Part shown: positions 9,563 to 20,076 of the stretch, in pieces
Numbering within the stretch: the stretch's first letter is position 1
Layout: every line of letters starts with the position of its first letter
Source: Gemmatimonadota bacterium
GTDB taxonomy: Bacteria; Gemmatimonadota; Gemmatimonadetes; Gemmatimonadales; GWC2-71-9
Direction of reading: 5' to 3'
Assembly (NCBI GenBank): GCA_037440225.1
Contig: JBBIUN010000006.1
Location: forward strand, 37,126-101,125
Length of the DNA stretch: 64,000 nucleotides
The notes under the pieces: model-generated
What the model was told of the DNA's origin: nothing
The model's database searches: none
Seen by the model: only the letters and a program-made list of their open reading frames with translations
Made by a program: the position numbers and the translations under genes

Positions 9563-10287
9563 GCGCTCTCCGAAGCGGTACCCCGGGCTCCATACGGGCG
9601 CGAGAGCGACCATCCCGCGACCGCCACGCCGATTCCCGCCCACAGGGCGAGCATCAGCGGGTCCGACCACGCTCCGCCGGCCCACCAGCGCTGGGCGCGC
9701 CAAGGCAGCGGCAGCAGGTTCCAGAGCCAGACGACCACGTGTTGGACCGGAGGCCAGCCCGCGAGCACGGCGGCCATCTCCGAGGGCGGAGCGACTCCGA
9801 AGAATGCCGCCAGAAAGCCCAGGGTGGCAGCCGCCGAGGCGCCCATGAAGGCCGAGGCCGCCATGGTGCACGCGGCCATGGTGGTCGCGTACACGCTCGC
9901 GACCGCCATGAGGCGCGCCATTCCTACGTGGCCGGCTCCCAGGGCTGCCAGCCCCAGCGCGGCCACGAGACACACCGGGAGGACAGCGACGAGCGCCCCG
10001 AGCAGGCGGCCGGCCGGAGCCACCCACCAAGGCGATACGGTCATCCGGGCGGCGCCGAACGCCGGTCCCGGACTGATGAGCCGCGAGGCCGCGATGGCCG
10101 CCAAGATCGCACCAATCAATAGGACGGCGTTGGCAATGGCCCGCGGCGTGGGCTCCGTGGCGGCGGCGGTGGCCACGATGGCCAAGGCGAGCAAGGCTGC
10201 CAGCCGGGGGGCGCGGTGGCGCGTGACCAGGGCCAGGCCAAAGAGCACTTCGGCCTTCACGGCAAGCCGTGTCACCACGGCCGGCAC
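9559..10287 (-). CDS. Hydrophobic membrane protein, probable ABC-2-type permease partner
   Basis: 242 aa with about 6 predicted TM segments. Its stop overlaps the ATPase start by 4 nt (translational coupling). I recognise no family motif. Confidence 0.55.
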   Translation of the reverse strand: MPAVVTRLAVKAEVLFGLALVTRHRAPRLAALLALAIVATAAATEPTPRAIANAVLLIGAILAAIAASRLISPGPAFGAARMTVSPWWVAPAGRLLGALVAVLPVCLVAALGLAALGAGHVGMARLMAVASVYATTMAACTMAASAFMGASAAATLGFLAAFFGVAPPSEMAAVLAGWPPVQHVVVWLWNLLPLPWRAQRWWAGGAWSDPLMLALWAGIGVAVAGWSLSRPYGARGTASESA

Positions 10288-10348
10288 CGGCGGGTGGGGG
10301 GCCGTGGGCCCCCCACCCTCGCAGCCCAGTCGGCCGGTGAGCGATGGG

Positions 10349-10558
10349 TTACAAGATCTTGCACAGACCCCAACGAATCAGGTAGCACCATCCGCGAATC
10401 GCAATGACCCTTTCGGAGTTCGAGCTTGGAAAATCCTTGTCACAGGAATGCCAGGCGCTCACCAAGCAATCCCGCGCCGTCGCTGCGTCGGCGGGCGTGG
10501 GGGCCGGCAGGGCCCCCAGCGCGCCGACCAAAGTGGTTGTGAGGATCAGTTTCCGCAT
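10349..10558 (-). CDS. Small secreted cysteine-containing protein (69 aa precursor)
   Basis: MRKLILTTTLVGALGALPAPTPADA is a signal-peptide-like N-terminus. A ~44-aa mature part with 4 Cys follows (DCLVSAWHSCDK...GWCYLIRWGLCKIL). A strong RBS GGAGGGGG lies 7 nt before the ATG. Confidence 0.55.
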   Translation of the reverse strand: MRKLILTTTLVGALGALPAPTPADAATARDCLVSAWHSCDKDFPSSNSERVIAIRGWCYLIRWGLCKIL

Positions 10559-10698
10559 TGATACACCCCCTCCATGCCGAGCATGGTGTGAGGGCCGACC
10601 AGACTACGGTCCCCCTGTGGGACGGGGCTAACGTAGCACCGGGGATTCCGGGGAGCATCACCCTTTTTTACGGGGCCGTAGCGTTTTGTTGCAGCTCC

Positions 10699-10827
10699 TC
10701 ATGGCTTGGGCCCGGAGCGGGCCTCGATCGAGGCCGCCACACACAACGCGACCGAGACGGCCGCGATGCGGGAGAGCACGATGAAGAGCAGGAAAACGGC
10801 GAACCGCGCGACCAGCGCTGCGCCCAA
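10699..10827 (-). CDS. Possible 42-aa hydrophobic peptide just downstream of pspA (TTG start)
   Basis: Below the ORF-track cutoff. My translation is LGAALVARFAVFLLFIVLSRIAAVSVALCVAASIEARSGPKP. Codon third positions are G/C-rich like the real genes. The start codon is uncertain. Confidence 0.25.
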   Translation of the reverse strand: MGAALVARFAVFLLFIVLSRIAAVSVALCVAASIEARSGPKP

Positions 10828-10847
10828 CCTCGGGTCGCCAGGTCGGG

Positions 10848-11654
10848 CTACGGGCGGCCTTCGGACGGGCTGCTCTCGCCCCTAGCGGGCTTTTCTTCGT
10901 CCACCAGCTCGGCTTCCTGAGTGGCGCGATCCGGGCTCTCGCTGGTAGGGAGCTGGCGGGGCTCGACGCTGCCGGCGGCGGGCAGCAGGCCCATCTTCTG
11001 CTTCAACTCCAGGAGCTGTTGCTCGGCGTTGCCCCGGTATTCCAACTGCTCGAATTGCCGGGCCAGGGTGTCGCCGGTGAGTTCGCCCGCCAGTTCGGTG
11101 GCAGCCACCGCTTGGCGCTCCATGTCCTCGATGCGCTCGGCCATGCGTTCGAAGCTCTCGAAGGCCGAGCCGTCCGACATGGTGGACATGGTCTGCTGAA
11201 TCCGACCCTGGGCTTCGGCCCGCCGGGCCCGCGCGATCAGGATGTTCTTGCGCCGCTTGGCTTCCTCGATCTTGTCGTTGAGGTTCCTGAGCTGCTCCTT
11301 GAGCGCCTCGGTGTCCGCCTTGTGCTTGAGCCAGGTCTGGTGCAGTTCCTGGGCGTGCTGGAGATGCTCGTTGTGGCGCATGAGCGCCTGCTTGGCCAGG
11401 TCGTCGCGGTTCTCCTGCACCGCCAGCATGGCCCGGCGCTCCCACTCGTCGGCTTGCTGCTTCTCCCGCTCGACCTGCGCCAGCAGCTTTTTCTCGTCCG
11501 CGATCGCCGCCGCCACGTCCTGCTTCACCCGAGCCAGTTGGCTGCGCATGTCCATGACCAACTGCTCCAGCACCTTCTGAGGGTCCTCCGCGCGACCGAT
11601 TAGCGCGTTGATCCAGGACCGCACGACCAGCGACATCCGTTGGAAGATGCCCAT
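10848..11654 (-). CDS. pspA: Phage shock protein A / IM30 family
   Basis: 268 aa starting MGIFQRMSLVVRSWINALIGRAEDPQKVLEQLVMDMRSQL.... A long coiled coil typical of PspA/Vipp1. Confidence 0.9.
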   Translation of the reverse strand: MGIFQRMSLVVRSWINALIGRAEDPQKVLEQLVMDMRSQLARVKQDVAAAIADEKKLLAQVEREKQQADEWERRAMLAVQENRDDLAKQALMRHNEHLQHAQELHQTWLKHKADTEALKEQLRNLNDKIEEAKRRKNILIARARRAEAQGRIQQTMSTMSDGSAFESFERMAERIEDMERQAVAATELAGELTGDTLARQFEQLEYRGNAEQQLLELKQKMGLLPAAGSVEPRQLPTSESPDRATQEAELVDEEKPARGESSPSEGRP

Positions 11655-11704
11655 ACGACCTCACACTCCCCGTTGGCGTGTGCGCCCGCCGCGCCGGCGC
11701 CGCA

Positions 11705-11989
11705 TCACGCGTGGCCCGCGTCGGGACCCGCCGCCTGCCCCTGTGGCAGCGCGTCCGGCCGGCGCAATTGGAGCAGGGCCCGCTCGGCAAAGTCCATGCG
11801 CTCGGCCAAGTCCGTCAGTTCCGCCCTGAGCGCCGCCAGCTCCTCGGTGGTCTCCGTTTGGAACTCCTCGAATCGCCGGTCCGAGCCGGCACGGCCACCG
11901 GGACCGAACCGAATCCGGTCCGCCAAAGCCATCCCCAGGGGTGAGCGGGCCACCATCACCAGCGCAATGGCCAGAAAGATCCAACTCAT
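11705..11989 (-). CDS. Small membrane-anchored coiled-coil protein, paralog 1 (PspB-like architecture)
   Basis: 94 aa: an N-terminal TM helix (MSWIFLAIALVMVA), PLGMALADRIR, a coiled coil, and the MDFAERALLQLRR motif. GGGAGG lies 8 nt before the ATG. Confidence 0.7.
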   Translation of the reverse strand: MSWIFLAIALVMVARSPLGMALADRIRFGPGGRAGSDRRFEEFQTETTEELAALRAELTDLAERMDFAERALLQLRRPDALPQGQAAGPDAGHA

Positions 11990-12076
11990 AAGCTAACCTC
12001 CCGCACCGGGGGCGCCATCAGGCACCGCTTGCCGCGCAGGATCCCGGCATCCTACCCCGGGGGCCGAGCCCCACGG

Positions 12077-12388
12077 CTATCGTTCCCCCGGATCGGCCGT
12101 GGGGAGCCCGCCGGCCCCTCCTTGGGGGAGCCGGCTCCGCTCGCGCTGCTGGCTCAAGAGCCGTTCGGCAAAGTCGAGCCGCTCCTGCACCTCGGCCACC
12201 TCCTGGCGCAGCGCCTCGAGGTCCTCGAGGAGGGCCTGCTGAGCGTCGTGCACCCGCCGCAGAGATTCCTCCGGCACCACCGCTCCGGAGCGGATGCGAT
12301 CGGCGATCGCCCGGCCGATGGGCGAGATCGCCAGGAGAAAAAGCGACCCGCCGCCGAAAATGAGGACAATGGCGAGAACGCCTTCCAC
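12077..12388 (-). CDS. Small membrane-anchored coiled-coil protein, paralog 2
   Basis: 103 aa with a GTG start: TM helix, PIGRAIADRIR, a coiled coil, and LDFAERLLSQQRER..LPQ. Confidence 0.7.
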   Translation of the reverse strand: MEGVLAIVLIFGGGSLFLLAISPIGRAIADRIRSGAVVPEESLRRVHDAQQALLEDLEALRQEVAEVQERLDFAERLLSQQRERSRLPQGGAGGLPTADPGER

Positions 12389-12435
12389 GGCGCCTCAGCT
12401 CCTCCCGGGGGCAGCGACTCGGCCTCTCGCTCGCA

Positions 12436-12729
12436 TCAACTCTCCGCCGGCAGCTGGCCGCGCTCGCGCTGCTGAATCAGGAGCCGCTCGGCAAAGTCCT
12501 GCCGCTCTTCCAGCTCGACCAAACGCTGTTTCAGCTCCGCCAGCTCGGCCTCCAGCTGTGCCAGGCGCTCGGAGCCCCCCTGCACGCCCTGGGCGCGCGC
12601 CCCGGCGCGGTGCGCGATGGCATCAGCGATCGCCTTGCCCAACGGCCCGCGCAAGACGAGCACGGCCGCTACCACGGCCGCTACCGAGAAAAAGAAGGCG
12701 ATGGGAACCAAGACCTCGGGGCTGTTCAC
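12436..12729 (-). CDS. Small membrane-anchored coiled-coil protein, paralog 3
   Basis: Lies inside track ORF 12436..12783. GTG 12729 is preceded by GGGAGGG at 6 nt and gives 97 aa: VNSPEVLVPIAFFFSVAAVVAAVLVL, PLGKAIADAIA, a coiled coil, and QDFAERLLIQQRER..LP. Confidence 0.65.
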   Translation of the reverse strand: MNSPEVLVPIAFFFSVAAVVAAVLVLRGPLGKAIADAIAHRAGARAQGVQGGSERLAQLEAELAELKQRLVELEERQDFAERLLIQQRERGQLPAES

Positions 12730-12854
12730 GTCTTGCCCTCCCGCATGAGGGGCCGCCCGCGGCCGCCGGGCCAGCCACCGCATCCCCGTACGGCCGCTGT
12801 TTCAAAAAGTGTCACCCGGTTCGCCCCGGCGTAAGGGCATCGAGCGCTGTCGGC

Positions 12855-15806
<2,952 letters not shown>

Positions 15807-15934
15807 AGCCTTGGAAGGTAGGGGAGATCCGAAACCCCGGTCAACGCCGGGTCTCCGCCGGGGATCTCCTTGCCATAGCTCCCGTTACGCCATACTTTGG
15901 GCCTCCCCGTATTCCTTAATGTACCTGTGGGCGG

Positions 15935-16273
15935 ATGGCGATCGGGATGGCGGCTGCTGGCAGCACAGTGGTAGTTCTCACGACGCTCAAGACCGTCTCC
16001 CAGGCCCGGCGGCTGGTGCGACGGCTGGTGGCTCGCCGGCTGATCGCGTGCGGCACCATTCTTCCGGGAGCTTGGTCGCTGTACCGCTGGAAGGCTGGCG
16101 TAGAAGAAGAGCATGAGGTGGTGGTGCTGTTGAAAACGACCGGGCGGCGCTGGCGCGCGCTCGAAGCGGCCATCGTGGCGGAGCATCCGTACCAAGTGCC
16201 CGAGCTGCTGGCGCTGCCGGTGAAGGCGGGACTAGGCCCCTACGTGGCGTGGGTGAGAGCGGAGACGAGATGA
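15935..16273 (+). CDS. cutA: Divalent-cation tolerance protein CutA
   Basis: 112 aa: ...VVLTTLKTVSQARRLVRRLVARRLIACGTILPGAWSLYRWKAGVEEEHEVVVLLKT...HPYQVPELLALPV, the CutA1 pattern. Confidence 0.85.
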   Translation: MAIGMAAAGSTVVVLTTLKTVSQARRLVRRLVARRLIACGTILPGAWSLYRWKAGVEEEHEVVVLLKTTGRRWRALEAAIVAEHPYQVPELLALPVKAGLGPYVAWVRAETR

Positions 16274-17172
16274 ACCCTGCGACCGAGCGCCGCGCGGCGC
16301 GCCGGCGGCTCATGGCGGAGTGGGCGGCCCGGGCCCAGCGCCTGCTGGGGGCCGAGCCGGAGAGCGCAAGGATCGAGGAACGGCCGCCAGGCGGGAGGGT
16401 TTCGGCTCAGGGCAGCGAGACCACCCCAGGGATGGAGGCAGGGAGCCCCGCCCGGCGCTTGCCTTTCGAGCTGCTGGATGCGGCCGGGGAGCCTCAAGCC
16501 TTGCCGGAGCCGCCCGTGGTCCAAGCTGGGGCTGCTCCCGAGCCCCCGGAGCCCGACGAGCGCGAGATGGTACGTCAAGCGGCCCGGGATGCCGCCGAGC
16601 AGCGGGACTGGGCTCGAGCCTTGGAGCTGTACCGGCAGCTGCTGGAGGCCGACCCGGGGGACATGAAGGCGCGCAACAACCTGGCGTTGGTGCTGGAAGC
16701 TGCGGGGGATCACGAAGGAGCGCTAGAGGAGCTGGACCGCTGCCTAGCGCTCGCGCCCTCGAGCCCGGATGTCTTGATCAACCGCAGCGCGGTGTTGGGT
16801 TCGCTGGGCCAATACGCGGAAGCCGAGCGCGACCTCGCGGCCGTCTTGGAGCGGGACCCCGCCAATGCCGATGCCTACTTCAACCTGGGCGTGGTGGCGT
16901 CCCGGCGGGGGCGTTGGCGGGAGGCGGTGCGGTATCTGCGCCGCGCGGTGGAGCTGGACGGCGATCGGGCAGCGGCGCACTTCTACTTGGGCGAAGCGCT
17001 GAACAAGGTGGACGACTTGGCGGGAGCCCTCCAGGCGTATCAGCGCGCCGTCCACCTTCATCCCACGCATGCGCGGGCCTGGTACGGCATGGGGATTGTG
17101 CTCGACCGGATGAACCGGCCGGAGGAGGCCGCGCCGCTGTACCGCCGCTCCCGCGAGCTTTCCCGCCGGTGA
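16270..17172 (+). CDS. TPR repeat protein
   Basis: ATG 16270 overlaps the cutA stop (ATGA). There are at least 5 TPR-like units (...ARNNLALVLEAAGDHEGALEELDRCLALAP..., ...AYFNLGVVASRRGRWREAVRYLRRAVELD..., ...AWYGMGIVLDRMNRPEEA...). Confidence 0.8.
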   Translation: MNPATERRAARRRLMAEWAARAQRLLGAEPESARIEERPPGGRVSAQGSETTPGMEAGSPARRLPFELLDAAGEPQALPEPPVVQAGAAPEPPEPDEREMVRQAARDAAEQRDWARALELYRQLLEADPGDMKARNNLALVLEAAGDHEGALEELDRCLALAPSSPDVLINRSAVLGSLGQYAEAERDLAAVLERDPANADAYFNLGVVASRRGRWREAVRYLRRAVELDGDRAAAHFYLGEALNKVDDLAGALQAYQRAVHLHPTHARAWYGMGIVLDRMNRPEEAAPLYRRSRELSRR

Positions 17173-17672
17173 TCCGCGTGGTGGTGGACGACATCGCGTT
17201 CGTCGAGGCGGACGCGGTGATTCGTCCAGCCACGGCCACGCTGGAGCCCACGTCGGCGGCGCTGCGCCATCTGGAGCACGTGGGTGGGCCCGAGTGGGCG
17301 AGGCAGCTCAAGGTGCAGCAGGCGCTGGCGGTGGGCTCGGCGGTGGTGACCGGCGCGGGCGCCCTTCCGGTAGAGTTCGTCATTCATGCCGTGATCCGCA
17401 GTGCCACCGAGCCGGTCTCGCCGACTGGGATTCGGCGGGCCCTGACCAGTGCCTTGCAGCGGGCGGTGGATTGGCAGCTCAAGCGGGTCACGGTTCCTCC
17501 CTTGGGAACCGGGGCCGGCAACCTCAGTATAGAGGAAGCAGCGCGTATCATGGTGGACGTCTTGGCTCAGCATACTGCGGTCGCGGCCTACCCGGCCGAG
17601 GTGGAAATCGTGGTGGAGCGCGCGGAGGACGGCGCCGTCTTCGAGTCATTGCTCCGGCGGTTGCCGCAGTGA
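17169..17672 (+). CDS. Macro domain (ADP-ribose binding/hydrolase family) protein
   Basis: This is the C-terminal part of track ORF 16320..17672. GTG 17169 overlaps the TPR stop (GTGA) and gives 167 aa: VIRVVVDDIAFVEADAVIRPA...GSAVVTGAGALPVEFVIHAV...VTVPPLGTGAGNLSIEEAARIMV. Confidence 0.78.
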   Translation: MIRVVVDDIAFVEADAVIRPATATLEPTSAALRHLEHVGGPEWARQLKVQQALAVGSAVVTGAGALPVEFVIHAVIRSATEPVSPTGIRRALTSALQRAVDWQLKRVTVPPLGTGAGNLSIEEAARIMVDVLAQHTAVAAYPAEVEIVVERAEDGAVFESLLRRLPQ

Positions 17673-19213
17673 ACCGGCGCCGGCTGGCCGTCGGGATTTT
17701 GGCCGTCTGGCTCGGGACGCTGGGCTTTTGGCTCTGGCGGCAATACCGGCCGTCGCCCGCCGAGGTGGTGGCCGAGGCCGCGCGCTCGCTGGCACCGGGA
17801 GCCACCTACTACACGCTCTCGCTGGGCGGCCAGCAAATCGGATTCGCCTCCAACACGGTGGACACCTTGCCGGACGGCATCCGCGTGGAAGACCAGATGA
17901 CGCTGGAGATCCCGGCCATGGGGGAACTGCACCGGGCCGACGCGCGGACCGAAGCCCGGTTGTCCAGGGCGCTGGCGCTTCAGGCTTTCAGCGCCACCAT
18001 GCGAGGGGATCTGGGTCAGTTCGCGGCCAGTGGCGAGGTGCAGGGGGACACGCTGCTGGTGGTGGACCTCGTGACGGGGGGAAGCACGCAGCGGCTGAGG
18101 GTGGCGCTCAAGCGACCCATCGTGCTCCCCGGGCTGCTGCCGCTTAAGGCCACCTTTGGCCGGCGGCTCCAGGTGGGCAGCCGGTTCACGCTGCGGATGT
18201 TCGATCCCTTGCTGTTGGAGGAGCGCGACATTGCCATGCGGGTGACCGGCGATTCCACGTTCGTGGTGCCCGACAGCGCGGCCTACGACGGCGAGCTGGG
18301 TCGCTGGGTGCCCGCCCGCTGGGATACGGTCCGCGCCTGGCGGCTGGAGCAGAACCTGGGCGGGGTGGAGCTTGCGGCCTGGATTGACGAGCTGGGGCGG
18401 GTGGTGCGGGCGCAGTCGCCCGTGGGATTCACCATGGAGCGATCCGCCTTCGAGATTGCCCACGAGAACTTCAGGCGGCGCGAGGTGCAGGTGCCCGCCC
18501 TGGCCGCCGGGGACGTGATCAGCCAAACCGCCATTCAAGCCAACGTGCGCGTGGAGGGCTCGGCGCTCAGGCGCTTGGCGGTGCGGCTCAAGGGCGTGGA
18601 TCTGGGCGGGTTCGATCTCGCGGGTGGGCGGCAGCGCTTGGCGGGTGACACGCTGTTCGTTCGTTCGGAGACCGAGGGCGAGATGAAGCCCGCCTACCGC
18701 CTGCCGACGGCGGTGCCGTCCACGGATACGGCGCTGGCGGCTGCACTGGAGCCTGAGCCCTTGATCCAGAGCCTGGATCCGCGGATTCAGGCGCAGGCTC
18801 GGCAGATCGCCGGCCGCCGGCGCGATCCCCGGGAGGTGGCGGAGGCGCTCACCCGGTGGGTCTATGAGGAGCTGGACAAGGCCATCACGGTAAGCGTGCC
18901 CAGCGCGGTTCAGGTTTTGGAGTCGCGCCGGGGCGATTGCAACGAACACACCGTGCTCTACGTGGCCCTGGCGCGGGCGCTGGGCCTGCCGGCGCGCACC
19001 GCGGCAGGCTTGGTCTATGTGCGGGGGCGCTTCTACTATCACGCCTGGCCCGAGGTATACTTGAACGGTTGGGTGGCGGTGGATCCCACGTTCGGGCAAT
19101 TCCCGGCGGACGCCTCCCATCTGCGGTTCACGATCGGCGGGTTGGCCCGGCAGGTGGAATTGATCCGGTTGGTCGGCCGGCTCCAACTCGACGTGGTGGA
19201 CGCCAGCCAGTGA
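17669..19213 (+). CDS. Membrane-anchored transglutaminase-like cysteine protease family protein
   Basis: GTG 17669 overlaps the macro-domain stop (GTGA). It has an N-terminal TM helix (LAVGILAVWLGTLGFWLW). The C-terminal core is RRGDCNEHTVLYVALARALGLPAR...YYHAWPEVYLNGWVAVDP, a Cys-His-Asp arrangement. Confidence 0.8.
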   Translation: MNRRRLAVGILAVWLGTLGFWLWRQYRPSPAEVVAEAARSLAPGATYYTLSLGGQQIGFASNTVDTLPDGIRVEDQMTLEIPAMGELHRADARTEARLSRALALQAFSATMRGDLGQFAASGEVQGDTLLVVDLVTGGSTQRLRVALKRPIVLPGLLPLKATFGRRLQVGSRFTLRMFDPLLLEERDIAMRVTGDSTFVVPDSAAYDGELGRWVPARWDTVRAWRLEQNLGGVELAAWIDELGRVVRAQSPVGFTMERSAFEIAHENFRRREVQVPALAAGDVISQTAIQANVRVEGSALRRLAVRLKGVDLGGFDLAGGRQRLAGDTLFVRSETEGEMKPAYRLPTAVPSTDTALAAALEPEPLIQSLDPRIQAQARQIAGRRRDPREVAEALTRWVYEELDKAITVSVPSAVQVLESRRGDCNEHTVLYVALARALGLPARTAAGLVYVRGRFYYHAWPEVYLNGWVAVDPTFGQFPADASHLRFTIGGLARQVELIRLVGRLQLDVVDASQ

Positions 19214-19317
19214 GGCGGCCGGACGGCGGGGGGATGCCAGATCGGGGCCGGGGCCCTGTCCTTGGCCGTTCGATGTCGGGTTGCGGTGAACGGTAGGAGC
19301 AGAGAGCGCGCGCAGCG

Positions 19318-20076
19318 ATGATTCGGCTCGAAGGGCTCACCAAAGCATACGGTTCGTTCGTGGCGGTGGACCATATCGATCTCGAGGTCCCGCGCGGGGA
19401 GCTGTTCGGTTTCCTGGGTCCCAACGGGGCGGGCAAGACCACCACGCTCCGGATGATCGCCGGGATCCTGCGGCCCACGGCGGGCCGGATCTGGCTGGGC
19501 GGCGACGATCTGTTGGAGCAGCCCATGGCGGCCAAGCGCCGCCTCGGGTTCATCCCGGATCGGCCCTTCGTATACGAGAAGTTGACGGGCGCCGAGTTCC
19601 TCAGGTTCGTGGCCGGGTTGTACGGGCAGGACGGTGCGGTGGTGGAGCGCCGGATTGACGAGTTGCTGGAGCTGTTCGAGCTGTCGGTGTGGAAGGATGA
19701 GCTGGTGGAGTCGTACAGCCACGGGATGCGTCAGAAGCTCATCATCTCCAGCGCCCTGATTCACCGGCCTGAGTACATCGTAGTAGACGAACCCATGGTA
19801 GGGCTCGATCCCAAGGCGGCGCGGCTGCTCAAGGACATCTTCCGGCATTTCGTGGAGCGGGGCGGGACGGTCCTGATGAGCACCCACACGCTGGAGGTGG
19901 CGGAGGCCATGTGCGACCGGATCGCCATCATCCAGAACGGGAAGATCGTGGCCCGCGGCACGGTGGACGAGATGCGCCGGCAGACGGCGGCGGGTGACGC
20001 ATCGCTGGAGGAGCTGTTCTTGAGGCTCACCGGCGGCGAGGCAGGCCGGGAACTGGCCAAGGTCCTGGGAGACTGA
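19318..20076 (+). CDS. ABC transporter ATP-binding protein
   Basis: 252 aa with Walker A GPNGAGKTTT, signature YSHGMRQKL, Walker B YIVVDEP. Confidence 0.9.
   Translation: MIRLEGLTKAYGSFVAVDHIDLEVPRGELFGFLGPNGAGKTTTLRMIAGILRPTAGRIWLGGDDLLEQPMAAKRRLGFIPDRPFVYEKLTGAEFLRFVAGLYGQDGAVVERRIDELLELFELSVWKDELVESYSHGMRQKLIISSALIHRPEYIVVDEPMVGLDPKAARLLKDIFRHFVERGGTVLMSTHTLEVAEAMCDRIAIIQNGKIVARGTVDEMRRQTAAGDASLEELFLRLTGGEAGRELAKVLGD

Noticed and set aside
8597-10561. 654-aa plus-strand ORF
   Set aside because: It is antisense to the ABC ATPase/permease and the small peptide gene. It has low-complexity Ala/Gly/Arg/Pro composition and no motifs.
17588-19186. 532-aa minus-strand ORF
   Set aside because: It is antisense to the transglutaminase-like gene. 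It is His/Arg/Pro/Gly-rich with no motifs.
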